Notes: generated from the letters alone by a model not told the origin. Numbered from the stretch's first letter, positions 1 to 13,456 are shown. The stretch: 64,000 nucleotides of DNA from Sporopachydermia quercuum (GCA_001599295.1 BCGN01000001.1:620001-684000), one strand, 5' to 3'. Program-made: numbers and translations.

Positions 1-2
1 TC

Positions 3-1331
3 TATGGTAGAAAATTTGTTGTTTTCGTACCTGTGTTAGTTGCTTCTATCTTGGTAGGTTGCTCTTACGGTACCGAGTACTATTGTCTCTTTGTTCTACT
101 TAGATTTGGTTCTGGTGTACTTTCCTCTGCTCCTATTATTTCTTCAGGTGCTGCTTTGAACGATATGTTTAATGAGGCTTTTAGAGCTGATGCTTTACTT
201 GGTTTTGCTTTGATTGTTGGTTCATCACCTTCTTTTGGTCCGTTTATTGGTGAATACCTTGTTGAAACTTTTGGCTCCTATAAAGCTATTGTTTTATTCA
301 TTTTGATATTTGGATTTGTGTCTGCTTCTTTTGGCCTGTTGTTTTGTCCTGAGACATATGTATGCAAGATTGAAAATGACTTAGGTCGTAAGTTGCGCCG
401 CCAAACTGAGAATTTTTCAATAAGGGGTCGAAAAGAAATCACAATTGATATAGAAAAGAAGAAGAGAGGTTCTATATTTTTGAGACCGTACTTCATACTG
501 ACAAGAGCTTACGTCTTTTGGGTTGGAATGTATGCTTCCTATGTCTTTGGTTCAATGTATCTACACATTCATTGGGTATGGAAATATTGTAGTGGAGTGA
601 AACCATCAGACGGATATGTCGAAAACCCTCATAAATTCATTAACTCTGGGTTTATTCTTGGCATGATTTTTGCGTCATTTGTTATTGCATTCTCAAGTTT
701 TGTGTACAGGAAAAGGCTTGTTTCACAAACAGAACAAGTTTACCCTGAACTAAGGCTTATACCAATGCTTACAGGATCATTGTTGTTACCATCAAGTGGA
801 TTGATATTGGGATACGTTAAGAATACTACACCTTTACTAGGTTTTTTTGTTCTTTCTTTGCATGGGTTTGCATTTTTCACTACTTTTCAAAGCGCATTGA
901 ATATTGTTGTAGAGTTGTACCCTGATGTTTCAGCATCAGCAGTTTCATCGATAACTTTTTTCCGGTCGTTATTTGCTGCTATTTTACCATTGGTAGCTGC
1001 AAAGATGGTATTGACTATTCCATATTCTGAGATGTTCAAATTTCTTGGCTGGTTCAATACAGGTATTGCAGTAATTCCATGGGGATTGTTCTTCTTTGGT
1101 CATAAAATGAGAGGTGAAAAGAAAAGATATCGATGGTCCAGTAGATATCCTGATCAATTGACGACCGATAATGAAGAGGAGATACTAGAGATCTCATCGT
1201 CTAGTGAAAAAGATGGTACTCTAGTGAGATTGCATGAAGTAGAGCTAGAGGATATTAGATCAGAAAATATGAGCAATCGAATAGATAGCGGTACCAGCTG
1301 TAGTGATAATGTGATTGAAGAAGTAAAATAA
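3..1331 (+). CDS. MFS transporter, DHA1 drug:H+ antiporter-like (5'-partial)
   Basis: Frame is open from base 3 (YGRKFVVF, end of MFS motif A); many TM segments; DHA1-type motifs PETY, PELRL and SASAVSSITFFRSLFAA; stop at 1331. Confidence 0.85.
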   Translation, partial: YGRKFVVFVPVLVASILVGCSYGTEYYCLFVLLRFGSGVLSSAPIISSGAALNDMFNEAFRADALLGFALIVGSSPSFGPFIGEYLVETFGSYKAIVLFILIFGFVSASFGLLFCPETYVCKIENDLGRKLRRQTENFSIRGRKEITIDIEKKKRGSIFLRPYFILTRAYVFWVGMYASYVFGSMYLHIHWVWKYCSGVKPSDGYVENPHKFINSGFILGMIFASFVIAFSSFVYRKRLVSQTEQVYPELRLIPMLTGSLLLPSSGLILGYVKNTTPLLGFFVLSLHGFAFFTTFQSALNIVVELYPDVSASAVSSITFFRSLFAAILPLVAAKMVLTIPYSEMFKFLGWFNTGIAVIPWGLFFFGHKMRGEKKRYRWSSRYPDQLTTDNEEEILEISSSSEKDGTLVRLHEVELEDIRSENMSNRIDSGTSCSDNVIEEVK

Positions 1332-1766
1332 GAAAGTGGATTGAACCAAACAGTTGTACCAATTTTGTTGAATAGCTGATCACTTGAATTAATAATATTA
1401 CTGATATTAGATATTAGAAAAGTTTCAATTAGAATTCATTGGTTTTTGTTTGTTTTGTTTCGGATGGTATGGTTATTTTTAGGAATCGCTTTCAAATTGG
1501 TTGTAATGAAAAGTTTATAAGTAGTTGATTTTGATTGTTTTGTTTTGTTTTTGGTTAGCTTGATTCGTTATGTAAGTTATGATATATTATACGAGTGTAT
1601 CGAAGAAACAACTACTAGGGAAATAATGATTATCCAATAATTATCTACCGTATTCCAATATTTATGAAATTTATTCCACTATCCATAGTATTATTGTATG
1701 AATCATGCCTATGCAATGACATAATATATATTAATATCAATGATCAATACGTTTTGATTAATCATC

Positions 1767-3196
1767 CTAAATTTCACCATCATCAGATTTCTCCTCACTC
1801 TCTGTTTTCACTTCTGCTTCTGCTTTTGATTCTGCTCCTATAGCTTCTTTTTCATCGGCATTTACTTCACCATCCGCATTTTCCTCTTGTTTTTCTGATT
1901 CTTCATTATGAAATTTCGCCTTATCTATCCCCTTATTATCTTCATTGTTATCGTTCATATCTTCTTTCGTAACATCTTTTTCAGCTGAAGTCTCTACCTC
2001 ATCTTGTTCTTGTTCTTTTTCTTTCATTTTGCTAGTAGCATCATCATTGCTATTGACACCGCCGTTTTCATATACTTTCTCAACTTCTTTTTCACCTTCT
2101 GCCGGTACTTCAGGTTCAGCTTCTGCATTGTTGTCATCACCCTCAGCAGTTTTCTCTCTCTTGTTCTTGCNTTCCAGTTCATCTAAAGTCTTTTGAGCGC
2201 GAATCTTCTCCTTCTTTGAATTAGCAGTAGGATTCAATGGCACATAACTGACCATCTGTCTCAAATATTCTAACCTATCTTTCTCCCACATTTCAAAGTA
2301 AGGCTTTCTTCCAACTTCCCCTAATTCTTTCCACGCCTCCGATAGGGCATGGGTTAGATCTAAGCCTTGGGCTTCAACATCTCCAGCCTTTTGTTGAGCT
2401 TCTAATTTTGCTTTAACTTCATCCTTACTCAAATCGCAGAATCTCATGTAAGCATTTTGTGGTCTCTTTGGAGCATTTGGATCTCTTTCTCTGGATATTT
2501 TCTTCTTTTTGGTAATAGGAGTAGAACCACTATCATTGTGACCATTCCCGTTTCCAATTGAATTCGAATTAGCGGAAGAAATAGCTGATGGTTTCAGTTT
2601 TGATAAAGGAGTCATTGATGATGAGCCGACAATATTCCTCGATGACCTCTTACCTGNTTTTGATCTTTTATTGATAGTTGAATGAGGATTAGTTGAACCA
2701 GGTGAAACAGGAATTGAATCATCATCAGTCAAATTAGCTAAGTTCGTTTTGCTATCTCTTCGAACAGCCTGATATATAGAGCCATCGGGATCGGGTATTG
2801 GAGATAAAGGTGGTGAAAGTAGATCATGATTTGAATAGATTTCTGAGTCAAAACTTGGTCCGTTAACTCTTGTTTCCAATCTATCTAACAATAATGTGTA
2901 TTCTAATCGAAGTCTTTTGATTGACTGCTTAGCACCGATTATTGCCAGTGATACGATTTCATTACTGGTATCGATCTCTTTTATCCTTCTTTTTAATTCT
3001 TTACATTTTTGTTTATACTTGTCCTCTGAAAATTTTGTTTGTTAGTATTGATAAAGATAATAATTAGTGAACGGAATCCCTTTAATAATGACTGAAGGAA
3101 GCATTAACAATAGTCCTACGAAATATCACTATCAAACAGCAGGCACTTACCTTCAGATTCCATAATACCTGATTCTTTATGTTTTAATGATGACAT
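1767..3196 (-). CDS. NHP10: HMG-box protein, INO80 complex subunit Nhp10; exons 3196-3151 and 3025-1767
   Basis: RDPNAPKRPQNAYMRFC HMG box; N-terminal YKQKCKELKRRIKEI...RLRLEYTLLLDRLE coiled coil lies upstream of the listed ORF; intron 3150-3026 has GTAAGT...TACTAAC...CAG and keeps frame. Start is 3196 (MSSLKH) or the in-frame ATG at 3163. Confidence 0.85.
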
Positions 3197-5290
3197 GACT
3201 GATCGGTTGTATTAGTGTGTTAGATTGTTATTTATCGATCGCGGTTCGTATGTATATTCATCTGGTGATGTTTGCTGTATATGAGCACTGTCGATAAATT
3301 GGACAGCAATCGATATAATTGATCCTGGTTCAAGCGCGCCTTTATATAACAGCTTTATTGTATATTGAATGTATTACAAATAATTGAATCAATTGCGGAG
3401 AGAATTTATATTTTCTGTTGATTCTCTTAATCGCGTAGTAATTGATTATTCTGCAATAATTTATGTATGGTATTTNNGTGACTAATGCGATTGTTGTGTG
3501 AAATATTGATCTATCCTTCCAAATGGAAATGCTATTTTCTTTTCACCTTTACCTTTTACTGATTGATGTAAATAAATCTATCATTGATTAATTAATTAAT
3601 TGATTGATTGACTGATTGATTGATGTAATTCCTTGAGAATTCTTGAATGGTAAATTGATCAACTAACTACTTATCAGTTCTTCAATAATTTACCGATTTA
3701 ACAGGTTTCTTTCCTTCAAAAACTATTTTTCTTCAATCCTTTCAAGATAATTATTTATTTGATCTTTAATCTATCTCAATGAGCTGCTTATTGATATAAC
3801 TTGGATCAAACTCACTCGTTTGACATTTTTTTTTATGCTTACCTTTCAGCTTATTTTATCTCTCCTCAGAAAAAGAAAAAGGCTTCTTCTTTCCAGTTCT
3901 TAAAGGAGTCGCTGATGTCTTTTCTAAATAGGGTTCTGATTGGTGAACGATGATGATACTAGTGAATTCAATGAATCTGACAAAATGTCCGTAGTTCCTA
4001 TTAAGTATGGGATTTAAGTTGAGGTAACAATACAGCTGTTACATAATTTTTAGTGATTTATATATAAATTATATGTAATCTATTTCAATTATAATACAAT
4101 TCTACTAATCTTGTTCGACATATTATCGGCGGATATATTTGATCATAATGTTTGGTACACTATACATCATGATAGATATTACCATCTAAGAGTACTAACA
4201 TATTATGAGATTTGACGATTAACTGTTTTAAGTGTGGGCGAGTGTAAAGTGGAAAGAATTGCTGTTATTAACTATAACATCCTGATCGAATGGGAGGTAT
4301 AGGGTGGGAGATGAAAACAATTGACGAAAGAATGAACTGATATGAATATGTTTATCGATTATTGAGATAATATTTTAAATAATAGTTCATGAAAATTGAT
4401 AATGGATCTGTTTATTAGTAGCTGTTTATTGAATTTGTGGTTTGCTATTAGATTATATTCTTTTATATACTTTGCTGACTTACATGGTTGGCTGTTGCTT
4501 AGTAGTTGGTGAGGCTTTTCGTTGATGAATGAATCTTGATAAAATTAGCGGAAATACGTTATTTAGTAACCATGACAATTTGCGAATAAAGCAATTTTTT
4601 TTTAGTTTTTTTAGTTACAGAGTTTATAGACAACATTTATTATTCTGGTTTAGTAAAAAGGATATCATCCTTCGTTCATCAGAAAGTACGGAGTATGAGT
4701 AGGAACTAGATGGTGGTCATACGTCTCTGCTGACGAATCCTTACCTTATCTTCCGTAAACCTAGGACTCTTATTGTTTTCAAATTAATCCTAGAAATCAT
4801 TTCACAAAATAATGAAAGTTTTATATATCTGTTTATACAGACATAGAATCTTAGCGTAACTCGTTTTGTAGCAGTAACCTAAAGTGCTTAAACAAGCAAT
4901 GCGATGAGTAAATGTTGATCATCTAAACAAAACAATTCAATGAAGGTTTGCATTCTGAAACTTTATTTAAATACATTCGCCCGCATGAGAACGTATTGAA
5001 CATTAGATGACAGAATAATAGATACATCAATCGTACAGTTGTAGTTCCAGCAATATTATTAGAACAAGCAATTTCTAGATAATACAACAACTACGGCAAG
5101 AGAAAATAAATTATTAAGATATTAAGAGTTAATTGGTGATAGTTATAACATATGAATGTTTCGGTAGGAAAGAAATCTATATACGTATATAGGTTACACT
5201 CAAATGAATATCATTGAATGAACCACGGTAGAACAATTGATAACCAAAAAATCGTTCATAAAAAAAAAAGCAACAGATTGCACCTGATCA

Positions 5291-7807
5291 TTACTCCTTC
5301 AAGCTAACAATACGATTGAAAATAATCTTATCATCGGTTGCATCTTTATCAAGACAAAAATAGCCAACACGTAAAGCTTGGAACCTAACTGCCTCTGGGG
5401 CTCCTTTAACATCATGTCCTGATGCGGTTTCATCTTCGTAACCAGGAACAGGCCAAGGAGAATTGTTCTTAACTTCATGGAATGCAGGTTCAATCAAAGC
5501 ACCAGCGGTAACAGTTTCAGAATCAGGATTGATATCAGCCAAAAATCCATCTGGATTGGATGAAGGATTCTCAGATTTAAACAACTGTGAGAATGATCTG
5601 ACTTCTGAAATTTTCAAGGGCGAATTTTGAGCAGGACATTCGGAAACCCATTGGATAAAAGTCTTTGGTTTCTTGGAAGTTCCATCATTCAAATACTTGG
5701 CATGAATCTCGGTGATTAATCCTGTCTTTTCATCTTTCTCGTATGAAGTAACTGCAATATTATAAGGAACCTTCAATAAACCAACAGGTTGATCAGGGGT
5801 CAAACGGAAGAAATCATCATCTTCAACAGGTGTTTCTCTGAAATCGCTTCTATCTATGTAAACTTTCTTAGTGAAAGGAACCTTTCGAATACCCATTGCA
5901 GGCATATCAGGCTTGAAAGGAATTTCAACATCCTCGACATAATCATCAGGTAAGTTGTCCAAAATAACAGGAATAGGATCTAATACGAGCATTAATCTAG
6001 GTGTAGTGTCTTCAAGGTACTTTCTAACAGCGCTTTCAAATCTGACAACTTGAATATTAGTATTAGAGGTAGTAACACCTAATGAGGCAACAAATGACAA
6101 AATAGCTCCTGGTGGAACACCTCTTCTCCTAATAGCAACTAAAGTAAACAATCTAGGATCATCCCAACCTCTGACAATACCAGATGTCACTAACTTCTGA
6201 ATCTTTCGCTTGCTCAAAACGGTGCCTGTAATGTTCAATCTTCCATATTCTCTTTGAGCAGGTCTATATACCTTTACAGCATCGCATAACCATTCGTATG
6301 ATTCGCGGGAGAGATAGAACTCAGTGGTACATAATGAATGAGAGATATTCTCAAAACTATCAACTAAACAGTGCGTAAAATCATAGGTTGGATAAATCTT
6401 CCATTTGTCTCCTGTACGATGATGAGGTGCATTCAATATTCTGTAAGCAACTAAATCCCACATTTGGGGGTTAGGATTCTCCAAATCCTGTTTCATTCTC
6501 AAAGTAGCTTCACCTACTTTGTATTTGCCATCTCTCATTTCTCTGAATTGTTTCAAGTTTTTTTCAATGGTGTTCCCCCTACAAGCACATGCAATTCTCT
6601 TGCCACCTTTACCACCGTCTTCGCTAACACCTCTATTTTTCTTCACTTCCTCCGGTGTGCAGAAACAAACATATCCTAAGTCTTGATTAATAAGAAATTC
6701 AGCAAGTTCATACAATCTGTCGAAATAATCAGAAGAGTAGGTAATCTTGTACGGTGTGAAGCCTAACCATTCCACGGTTTCTTTAATAGAAACAAAATAC
6801 TGTTCTTCTTCAGCTTCAGGGTTGGTATCATCAAATCTCAAATAACAGTGACCATTATGATATTTAGCATATCCAAAGTTAACAAGAATGGCTTTACTGT
6901 GTCCAATATGTAAATATCCATTTGGTTCAGGTGGGAATCTAGTGAAAACTTTACCACCAGTAGCTTTTAAGTGTTCAACCATTTTCTCAGGATCAGCTTG
7001 AGGATTCTCCCCAGGTTTATGTAAAGCGCCCAAAAAACCTTCTGAAAACATAGAACGAATAGAAGCACCAGGAGTTGTTGCTTTTTCTAGTTTGTCTTTA
7101 GGTTTACTCTTCTCCTTGCTTGGTTTTTCCTTCTTCTTGGCAAGGTCTCTCTCGTCTTTGGGACCAAGCAATGCTAATAACTGCGCGTCGATAATAGGCT
7201 TAAATAATGCAGGAGATGCCCATTTCAATTCAGGAATACCTTTAACGCCAGCCATAATAAACGCAATAGCTTTATAACGTTTCTCTTCAATTTCAGTTTT
7301 ATGTTCAGAGAAAAACTTGGAAATCTCTTTTTCAACTTCTTCTTTTGAAACTTCAATTCCAACCCCTGCTGATTCTCCAAATTCTTTCTCATTAGCATCT
7401 TCCCCTGCTTGCTTGAGATAATTCCATCCAGCTAATTGCTCTTAGTTAGTATTCATTCTGTTTATATATCAACTTGTATAAAAATAGTTATGAGAATCAG
7501 AGTCCCAGTTACAAATTCTAACATAAGTATTCAGATTTAACATACCCTCTAACTGAATAGTATTCTTAACTTTGCCATCACTTATAGCTTTGGTCAATAA
7601 TGATCTATGAACTTCCTTTGAAGAATCCTTAGCTAATGTAGCCAAGGCATGAAGTAAGGTAATAACTGTTTTATCCTTGCTTTCGTTAAGTCCTGATTCC
7701 TTGATAACTTCACTGAGCGTACTAGCTACTTTCTTGTTTTTAATGATTTCCTTGGTTTTCGATTTATCAAATCCGAAGGACTCGAATTCTTCAACAAAAG
7801 TATCCAT
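5291..7807 (-). CDS. GLN4: Glutaminyl-tRNA synthetase; exons 7807-7546 and 7431-5291 (800 aa)
   Basis: RFPPEPNGYLHIGH (HIGH) and LSKRK motifs; eukaryotic N-terminal domain joined across intron 7545-7432 (GTATGT...TACTAAC...TAG); 2403 nt in frame. Confidence 0.97.
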
Positions 7808-8657
7808 CCTGGCTCGGTGACTTCAAGTATCACCTTCCAGCTATGCTAATTAACTTGAGAGGCAGTCAATTAAAATGACAATCGATTTATAACTAATAAT
7901 GAATAGTTGGAAGTTAACTAGAAGTAGATCAGTTGAATGTTTAATGTGGATAATCAACTACAGCAATTGCAGTCCTCTCAATAAAAACTTAAGCACGTCC
8001 TTTGATTGCTAACTAGTTTACTATTTTAAATAAAATTACAACTTATGAGTAATAACCTTCAGGAATACATAAGCATTATGACAGTACAATACAATACAGT
8101 ATAGAGATGATTATGAACTGCGGTTGCTTGTGTATCCCGTTACCAGTCAATCAACTCATTTGGTCAGTCACAATCTTTTATTCTAACGTCTTCCTGAACC
8201 TTCAAGTCTTTAGAAAACCCCTATCCGATGAGTCTAAGTGGTAGAGTACTAATCTCCAGTAGAGCCCTTTCTATTATTTATGGTCTTGTCTCCCTGTGAG
8301 AAAATAAATAAGGATTTCAGGGGGATTATTCTAAAGATTGATGCAAGGATTATGCTTTTAAGCGCTGTGCGAATTGAACTAATTAGTACCTGTTTGATTG
8401 TTTATTAGTGTGTTTGTTATGTTTTGAGACAAGGATTCGTCGATAGGGTAAAAGATCTCTTTGAAGCACATTATTCGGGGTACTGTGAGTTCGTAGTAAT
8501 TAGGAAAGAACTCTTGTTTTGTAGTTGAATTGATTTGACTTGCTATAAACATTATTAGAATTGAATGAATATTTAGGTATTCAATTTGATGCATAACTGC
8601 CTACCCAGTTGAAACACATCTACTGGTGGATTGACTTACTTTATTGTTATTATATAC

Positions 8658-11089
8658 ATGGTTTCAACGATGAATGAACTGATCACGAAAGACCCAGCGC
8701 AATCACCTGGCGACAGTTCAGACAGTATAATAATCTCAGTGTTCCATGAACTGAGAATCCAGTATACGAAACTGGTTGAGAATAACGTGGACGAGTATAC
8801 ATCAACCCTTTTCTATAACGATGGTGATTTATAAATACTGGTTACTAATATTTAATGACAGGTTTAATGACCATTCAGGATGGGTTTACTGTCAAAAGCT
8901 CATATCAGTTGAAAATGAGTCAATAGGTTCAACTCTATCATCTGTATGAGCCAACTAGCCAAGATATGATATGCTTTTGATTGCAGTTACTGTTACAATT
9001 AAATTCATACCTCTATTAGTGTTGTATCTAACAGATCTAGGAAAATCTATTGTTGATTCATAAACTGTTTTCTGAATGTAAAGAACGATTCATGAATACA
9101 AATCTATATACGATAAGTGTTGTCGCCTTCTGCTCATTATACTATATCTGTGAACTATTCAACTATTCACAGTATGGTTTTGTTATTCTATCTGCAATTT
9201 TACGTTTTGAGTGGAATATATCTATAAATAATTTGATACCTCGACTACTAAAGATTATTATTAAACCTGGAAACTTAAACTGGAAAGCTGCTAGACTTTT
9301 ATCATGTTTGATTAAAACTGGCTCTGAAGCCCGATGTTTCTGCTCTGAGCAGATCAAAACATGTTACACTGAGCAGATCAGAGAAATAATCTATGAACAA
9401 CGATATCTGACGTTAACTAGGTATGTAATCGAGATCATTTCAACTATTATTAGTACGCGGAGAAATGCTTCTGATTCTCTTTTATCATGTTTGATACCAA
9501 ATAGTTATCCTTCTTTTTATTCAGCTAGATTTCCTTATAAATGTCAAGCTGGGGATGAAGCTTGTTTCTCCTACATTTCCACCTTATTAGAAGTGCAAGA
9601 AAGAGGAGAATCAGGTCATCTCGAACTATTCAATGTTAAGTTACTGTCTTTCCAGGAGGTTCAATTTGAGAACGTTAGATCAGGTCACTTTTATTTTGAT
9701 GAAGAAGGTAATATGGTCATGTGGTATTCATTAACTAGTAATAAAGGTTCTACATATTCACCTTTGGAGATCAAACTAGAGCATTTTGCTGAAGCAAAGA
9801 TAATAAGCTCCAATACTGTTTATATGAGGATCGGAGACAATACCGCTGAGGTATCAGCACCAATTGTTGCTATTTCATGTGACTCTGTATATAGGTATAT
9901 TACTATACAGTTTCAGCTGGTGAACAACAANGCTATGGAGCTATTGGCAGCCAAATTCAATCTTGAAGTTGAGATGCCTTCAGAAGACCAGCACATGTGT
10001 ATTTCTGAGTCTGTTATTGCTTTGAATGAGACAAACAATAGTTGTACTGAACTGAGCTCATTATTCTTTAGTCTGAATAAGAATAATGAAGGTTTGGCGG
10101 CTGATTCTACTACACCGTCTAGCGGTCATGAAACAGAAGATTATTTCAATCGTGTTGAAGATTTGATGAATAGTAGTGGTGCAATGACAAGAACCAAATC
10201 AAAAATTATACTTGAGGCTTTAGACTCTACACCCAGGCTCAAGAATAATGGATATAGTAGTATACGGGCCAATCTTGACGCTTTATCTATTTCTAGTAAT
10301 ATTGGAAAAGCGAATACTCTGTCTGTTGTTAGCAATAATCAACAGTTGTCAGATACAAGTATGAATGAAAAGGAAAAAGCAGAGCATATGAAGCTGATTA
10401 AATATGCATCTACACCTAAAAAGAGGTTTAAATATAATGAAGATAGTAATCCAGCTGACGATAGTCGTAATGGTGATATTAATACTAATGCTAGTCAAGC
10501 CGTTAAGAAAACAAAAATTGGTTATGCTCAAAGAAATGACTTCGATCGGTCTTCAGTTTCCAGCAATATTAATAGCGATACAATTATACCTGCTTCATCT
10601 CCACCAACAACTTATACCCNTGGAGCTGAGAAGAACGATACTACATATAACATGCGGTTTATACCCACGTACAGTAGTTCAACTACAAAGAATAAAGGAA
10701 AGGTACCAAAGATGTCTAATAACAGCTCTGATCAATTAGAAGCTATTGACAATGCATTTGAAAGAAAATGTAATAAAATTATGAGTAAGTTTGTCGTTCA
10801 GAAGGAGAAATCTCTAGTGAATGATTTAAGAGGAAAGATTTTTGAGGAGTTGGAACAAGTAGGGTCATCATTAATTCAGCGTGTGGAAGCTCTGGAACAA
10901 GAAATGCAAGAAGAAGTGAATGAAACGAGGAAACTAGTAGAGAGTAAATTAAATACTATGATAAAGGAGCAGCATGAAGTCATAGGTAAAATGACAATGT
11001 ATTTCGAGACCGTTAGTGAGCAATTCATTTCACAGTTGGAACCATTGAGCCAGACGAAAGTGAAGATGGAAAATAAGAAGCTTAGGTAA
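8658..11089 (+). CDS. RED1: Meiotic chromosome-axis protein, Red1/Rec10-like; predicted exons 8658-8794, 8862-8943, 9041-11089 (~755 aa)
   Basis: Helical N-terminus, beta-rich PH-like segment, S/N-rich linker, and C-terminal coiled coil LRGKIFEELEQVGSSLIQRVEALEQEM resembling the Red1 C-terminus as I recall it; sits directly upstream of RPS28 on the same strand, as RED1 does in S. cerevisiae. The 5' exon structure is inferred from phase-compatible but weak splice sites. Confidence 0.75.
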
Positions 11090-11776
11090 TATAAAACTTC
11101 TGAGACATCTTAGTGCTTATTTGCTAGTACTACAGTCTTGATTGCAATACCATCATAATAGCTAGATGACGTAGTTTGTATATTAGTATGTTATGTTATA
11201 TGTTATATCGCAATGGCAGCATGAAGTGGGAGTAAATGTACCATAGGATCAACAGTGGAAAATCTCTATATGGTCTTCACTACCGCATTCAATATCATCT
11301 ACTTTCTCTATTTATATATTCCATTTAACCAATTAGCTCTAACGGGGATTAAATCATATATTTACTCTGTTTATTGATCTTTTCTCTTTCTTTATAATGG
11401 ATTAATGAGTTAGCTTGCATCATACACTTATTTAATGATTATATAATCATTTTTGATACGAACCGCACGGTAAATAAAAGATTGTATAATCCGTAATATA
11501 TAGCTTCAATTCAAATAAATAGTTGTGTGACTGTTTTTTCTGAAAAAGGAAATAGAAACTTTTTTTGCGTTGTGTGAAAAACTTCTAGTCGCAACTAACC
11601 ATTGCAAAGTTGTGCGTGGTCGAAACATTGTCACCATCTATTCTCTTGGATGATAACAGGCAGGATTAATGTGTTGATGACATACTTTTGAGATTGGGAC
11701 GAATAGAAGTTGAAGGAAATATATGAAATCATACTCTCTACATCACAGCTATTAATATATATCATACACAGACAAA

Positions 11777-12523
11777 ATGGTACGTTCAATAAATATTCAG
11801 CGGGAAGCAGTAAACGATTTGAAAACAGGAGTGAAACAGGGCGAAGTGTTACTTCTTGGAATTGTTTGGTTCGATCAATGAAACGGTGAATGAGTAAACC
11901 GTAGACTCAAAGAGAAGAAATATCAGAGCTTTTGAAGTGAAACATTATCAACATGATTTACCATTGAAGGGAAAGTCTGGGTATATTTTTGATAGGGTGA
12001 TACGGTAGTATTGAAGTCCAATGTTGTCAGCACAAGGTAATGAGCATTCGGAGGATTTGCAACATTATTTTTGCAGTCATCAGAAAAATAAAAGAAAATC
12101 AGCGACAAATATTTCTTTGATATGAATCAATCTTCAGCTCTTGTGTTTTTTTACTGTTGTCCCAATCGCTTTAGAGTTTTCGAATCACTGTTCCCTATAC
12201 CTGATTCTATTTACGCCTTGTGACCAAATACTAACTAGACATCAGGATACCAAAACTCCCGTCAAGCTCGCTAAAGTTATCAAGGTTCTCGGTCGTACCG
12301 GTTCTAGAGGTGGTGTCACCCAAGTTCGTGTTGAATTCTTGGATGACTCCAGCAGAAACATTATCAGAAACGTCAAGGTATGTTCCGTACGAGAAGAATC
12401 AAACGAATAGCTGGTCTACTTTTAAATGTAATTGATATTAACATTGATATTTAGGGTCCTGTCCGTGAAAACGATATTCTCTGCCTCATGGAATCTGAAC
12501 GTGAAGCCAGAAGATTAAGATAA
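11777..12523 (+). CDS. RPS28: 40S ribosomal protein S28 (eS28); exons 11777-11779, 12246-12377, 12455-12523 (67 aa)
   Basis: [32 protein letters not shown]...[25 protein letters not shown]; introns GTACGT...TACTAAC...CAG (466 nt) and GTATGT...TATTAAC...TAG (77 nt). Confidence 0.97.
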
Positions 12524-13456
12524 ACTGGTCATGTCACTGTTCATAGAAGTCTTCCATCAAATTAATTGTTGAAATATATATCTCCTGGTATAATATGGAT
12601 TTTCAAGGACTTGTAGACGCAAGGATAGTGTTTCTTTACTATATTTCTGAGAAGATTTCCTATTTTCTGATTTCTGAGGGTATAACTGATGCTAGTGGGT
12701 TAGAGGCAATCTGTTCCGAAGATGATATGCTTCAATCCCAAATAGTAAACCTGTAGTATATCAAAAAAAAAAAGAGAGGGGAATTCTTCTGTTGAAACTA
12801 TGATCCCAAGCCTATAAAAGAAAATATGCAGATCTATCTCTATCTACATAATCCTTTATATACCCAAGTTCAAAAGTAATCTGCAATCGACCCTCATGTC
12901 ACTTGGTATCAGAATCTAATCTCTACTATCACCAACTCAATCGTAATTTCTCCATGTCTTGTCTTCATTCATCTATTCCCATGAGAGTCCTTTCAAATCA
13001 AATCATACTCACAAAACAATTCACCACACACTACCTACTATGTATCCAAATTTGGACATAACTTCCTAAATAATTATATAGTCTTCAATTCAGTAGGGAA
13101 CATCCCAATTCGGACATTATGCTTACATATAGTAATCTCTTTTTTATCTACTTGTGATGAATAAAAATGAACGTTTCTCTATCTTTCTACTACTTGTTTA
13201 CCAAAAGATAAACCTACTGTGTACGGTACAGATATATGACGATTATTTTGCAGCAAATTTTCTTGTATGTCTGAATTGTCTGACCTTGCTTATGGAACAG
13301 CCATAAAACTGAGAACATGAAATGTAGTTAACGATACTATCTTCAGCAGCATAGCATACACAGTGTAGTCACAGTTCTCTCTCTGACTTATTCAAAACAA
13401 TTGAATATACATTCTCCATTGTCTGGAATTGATTATTAAAACTAATCATACAAATT

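Noticed and set aside
10090..10105. URS1-like TGGCGGCT in the RED1-like gene
   Set aside because: It lies deep in the coding sequence; I found no URS1 core in the promoter.
11085..11135. Possible terminal intron in the RED1-like gene (GTAATA...CAG)
   Set aside because: No credible branch point, and the ORF ends sensibly after the coiled coil.
13150..13285. C/D snoRNA-like boxes (GTGATGA...CTGA); similar cases near 3950 and 24629-24790
   Set aside because: No recognisable rRNA-complementary guide or terminal stem; such boxes arise by chance in AT-rich DNA. An Rfam/snoscan search would decide.
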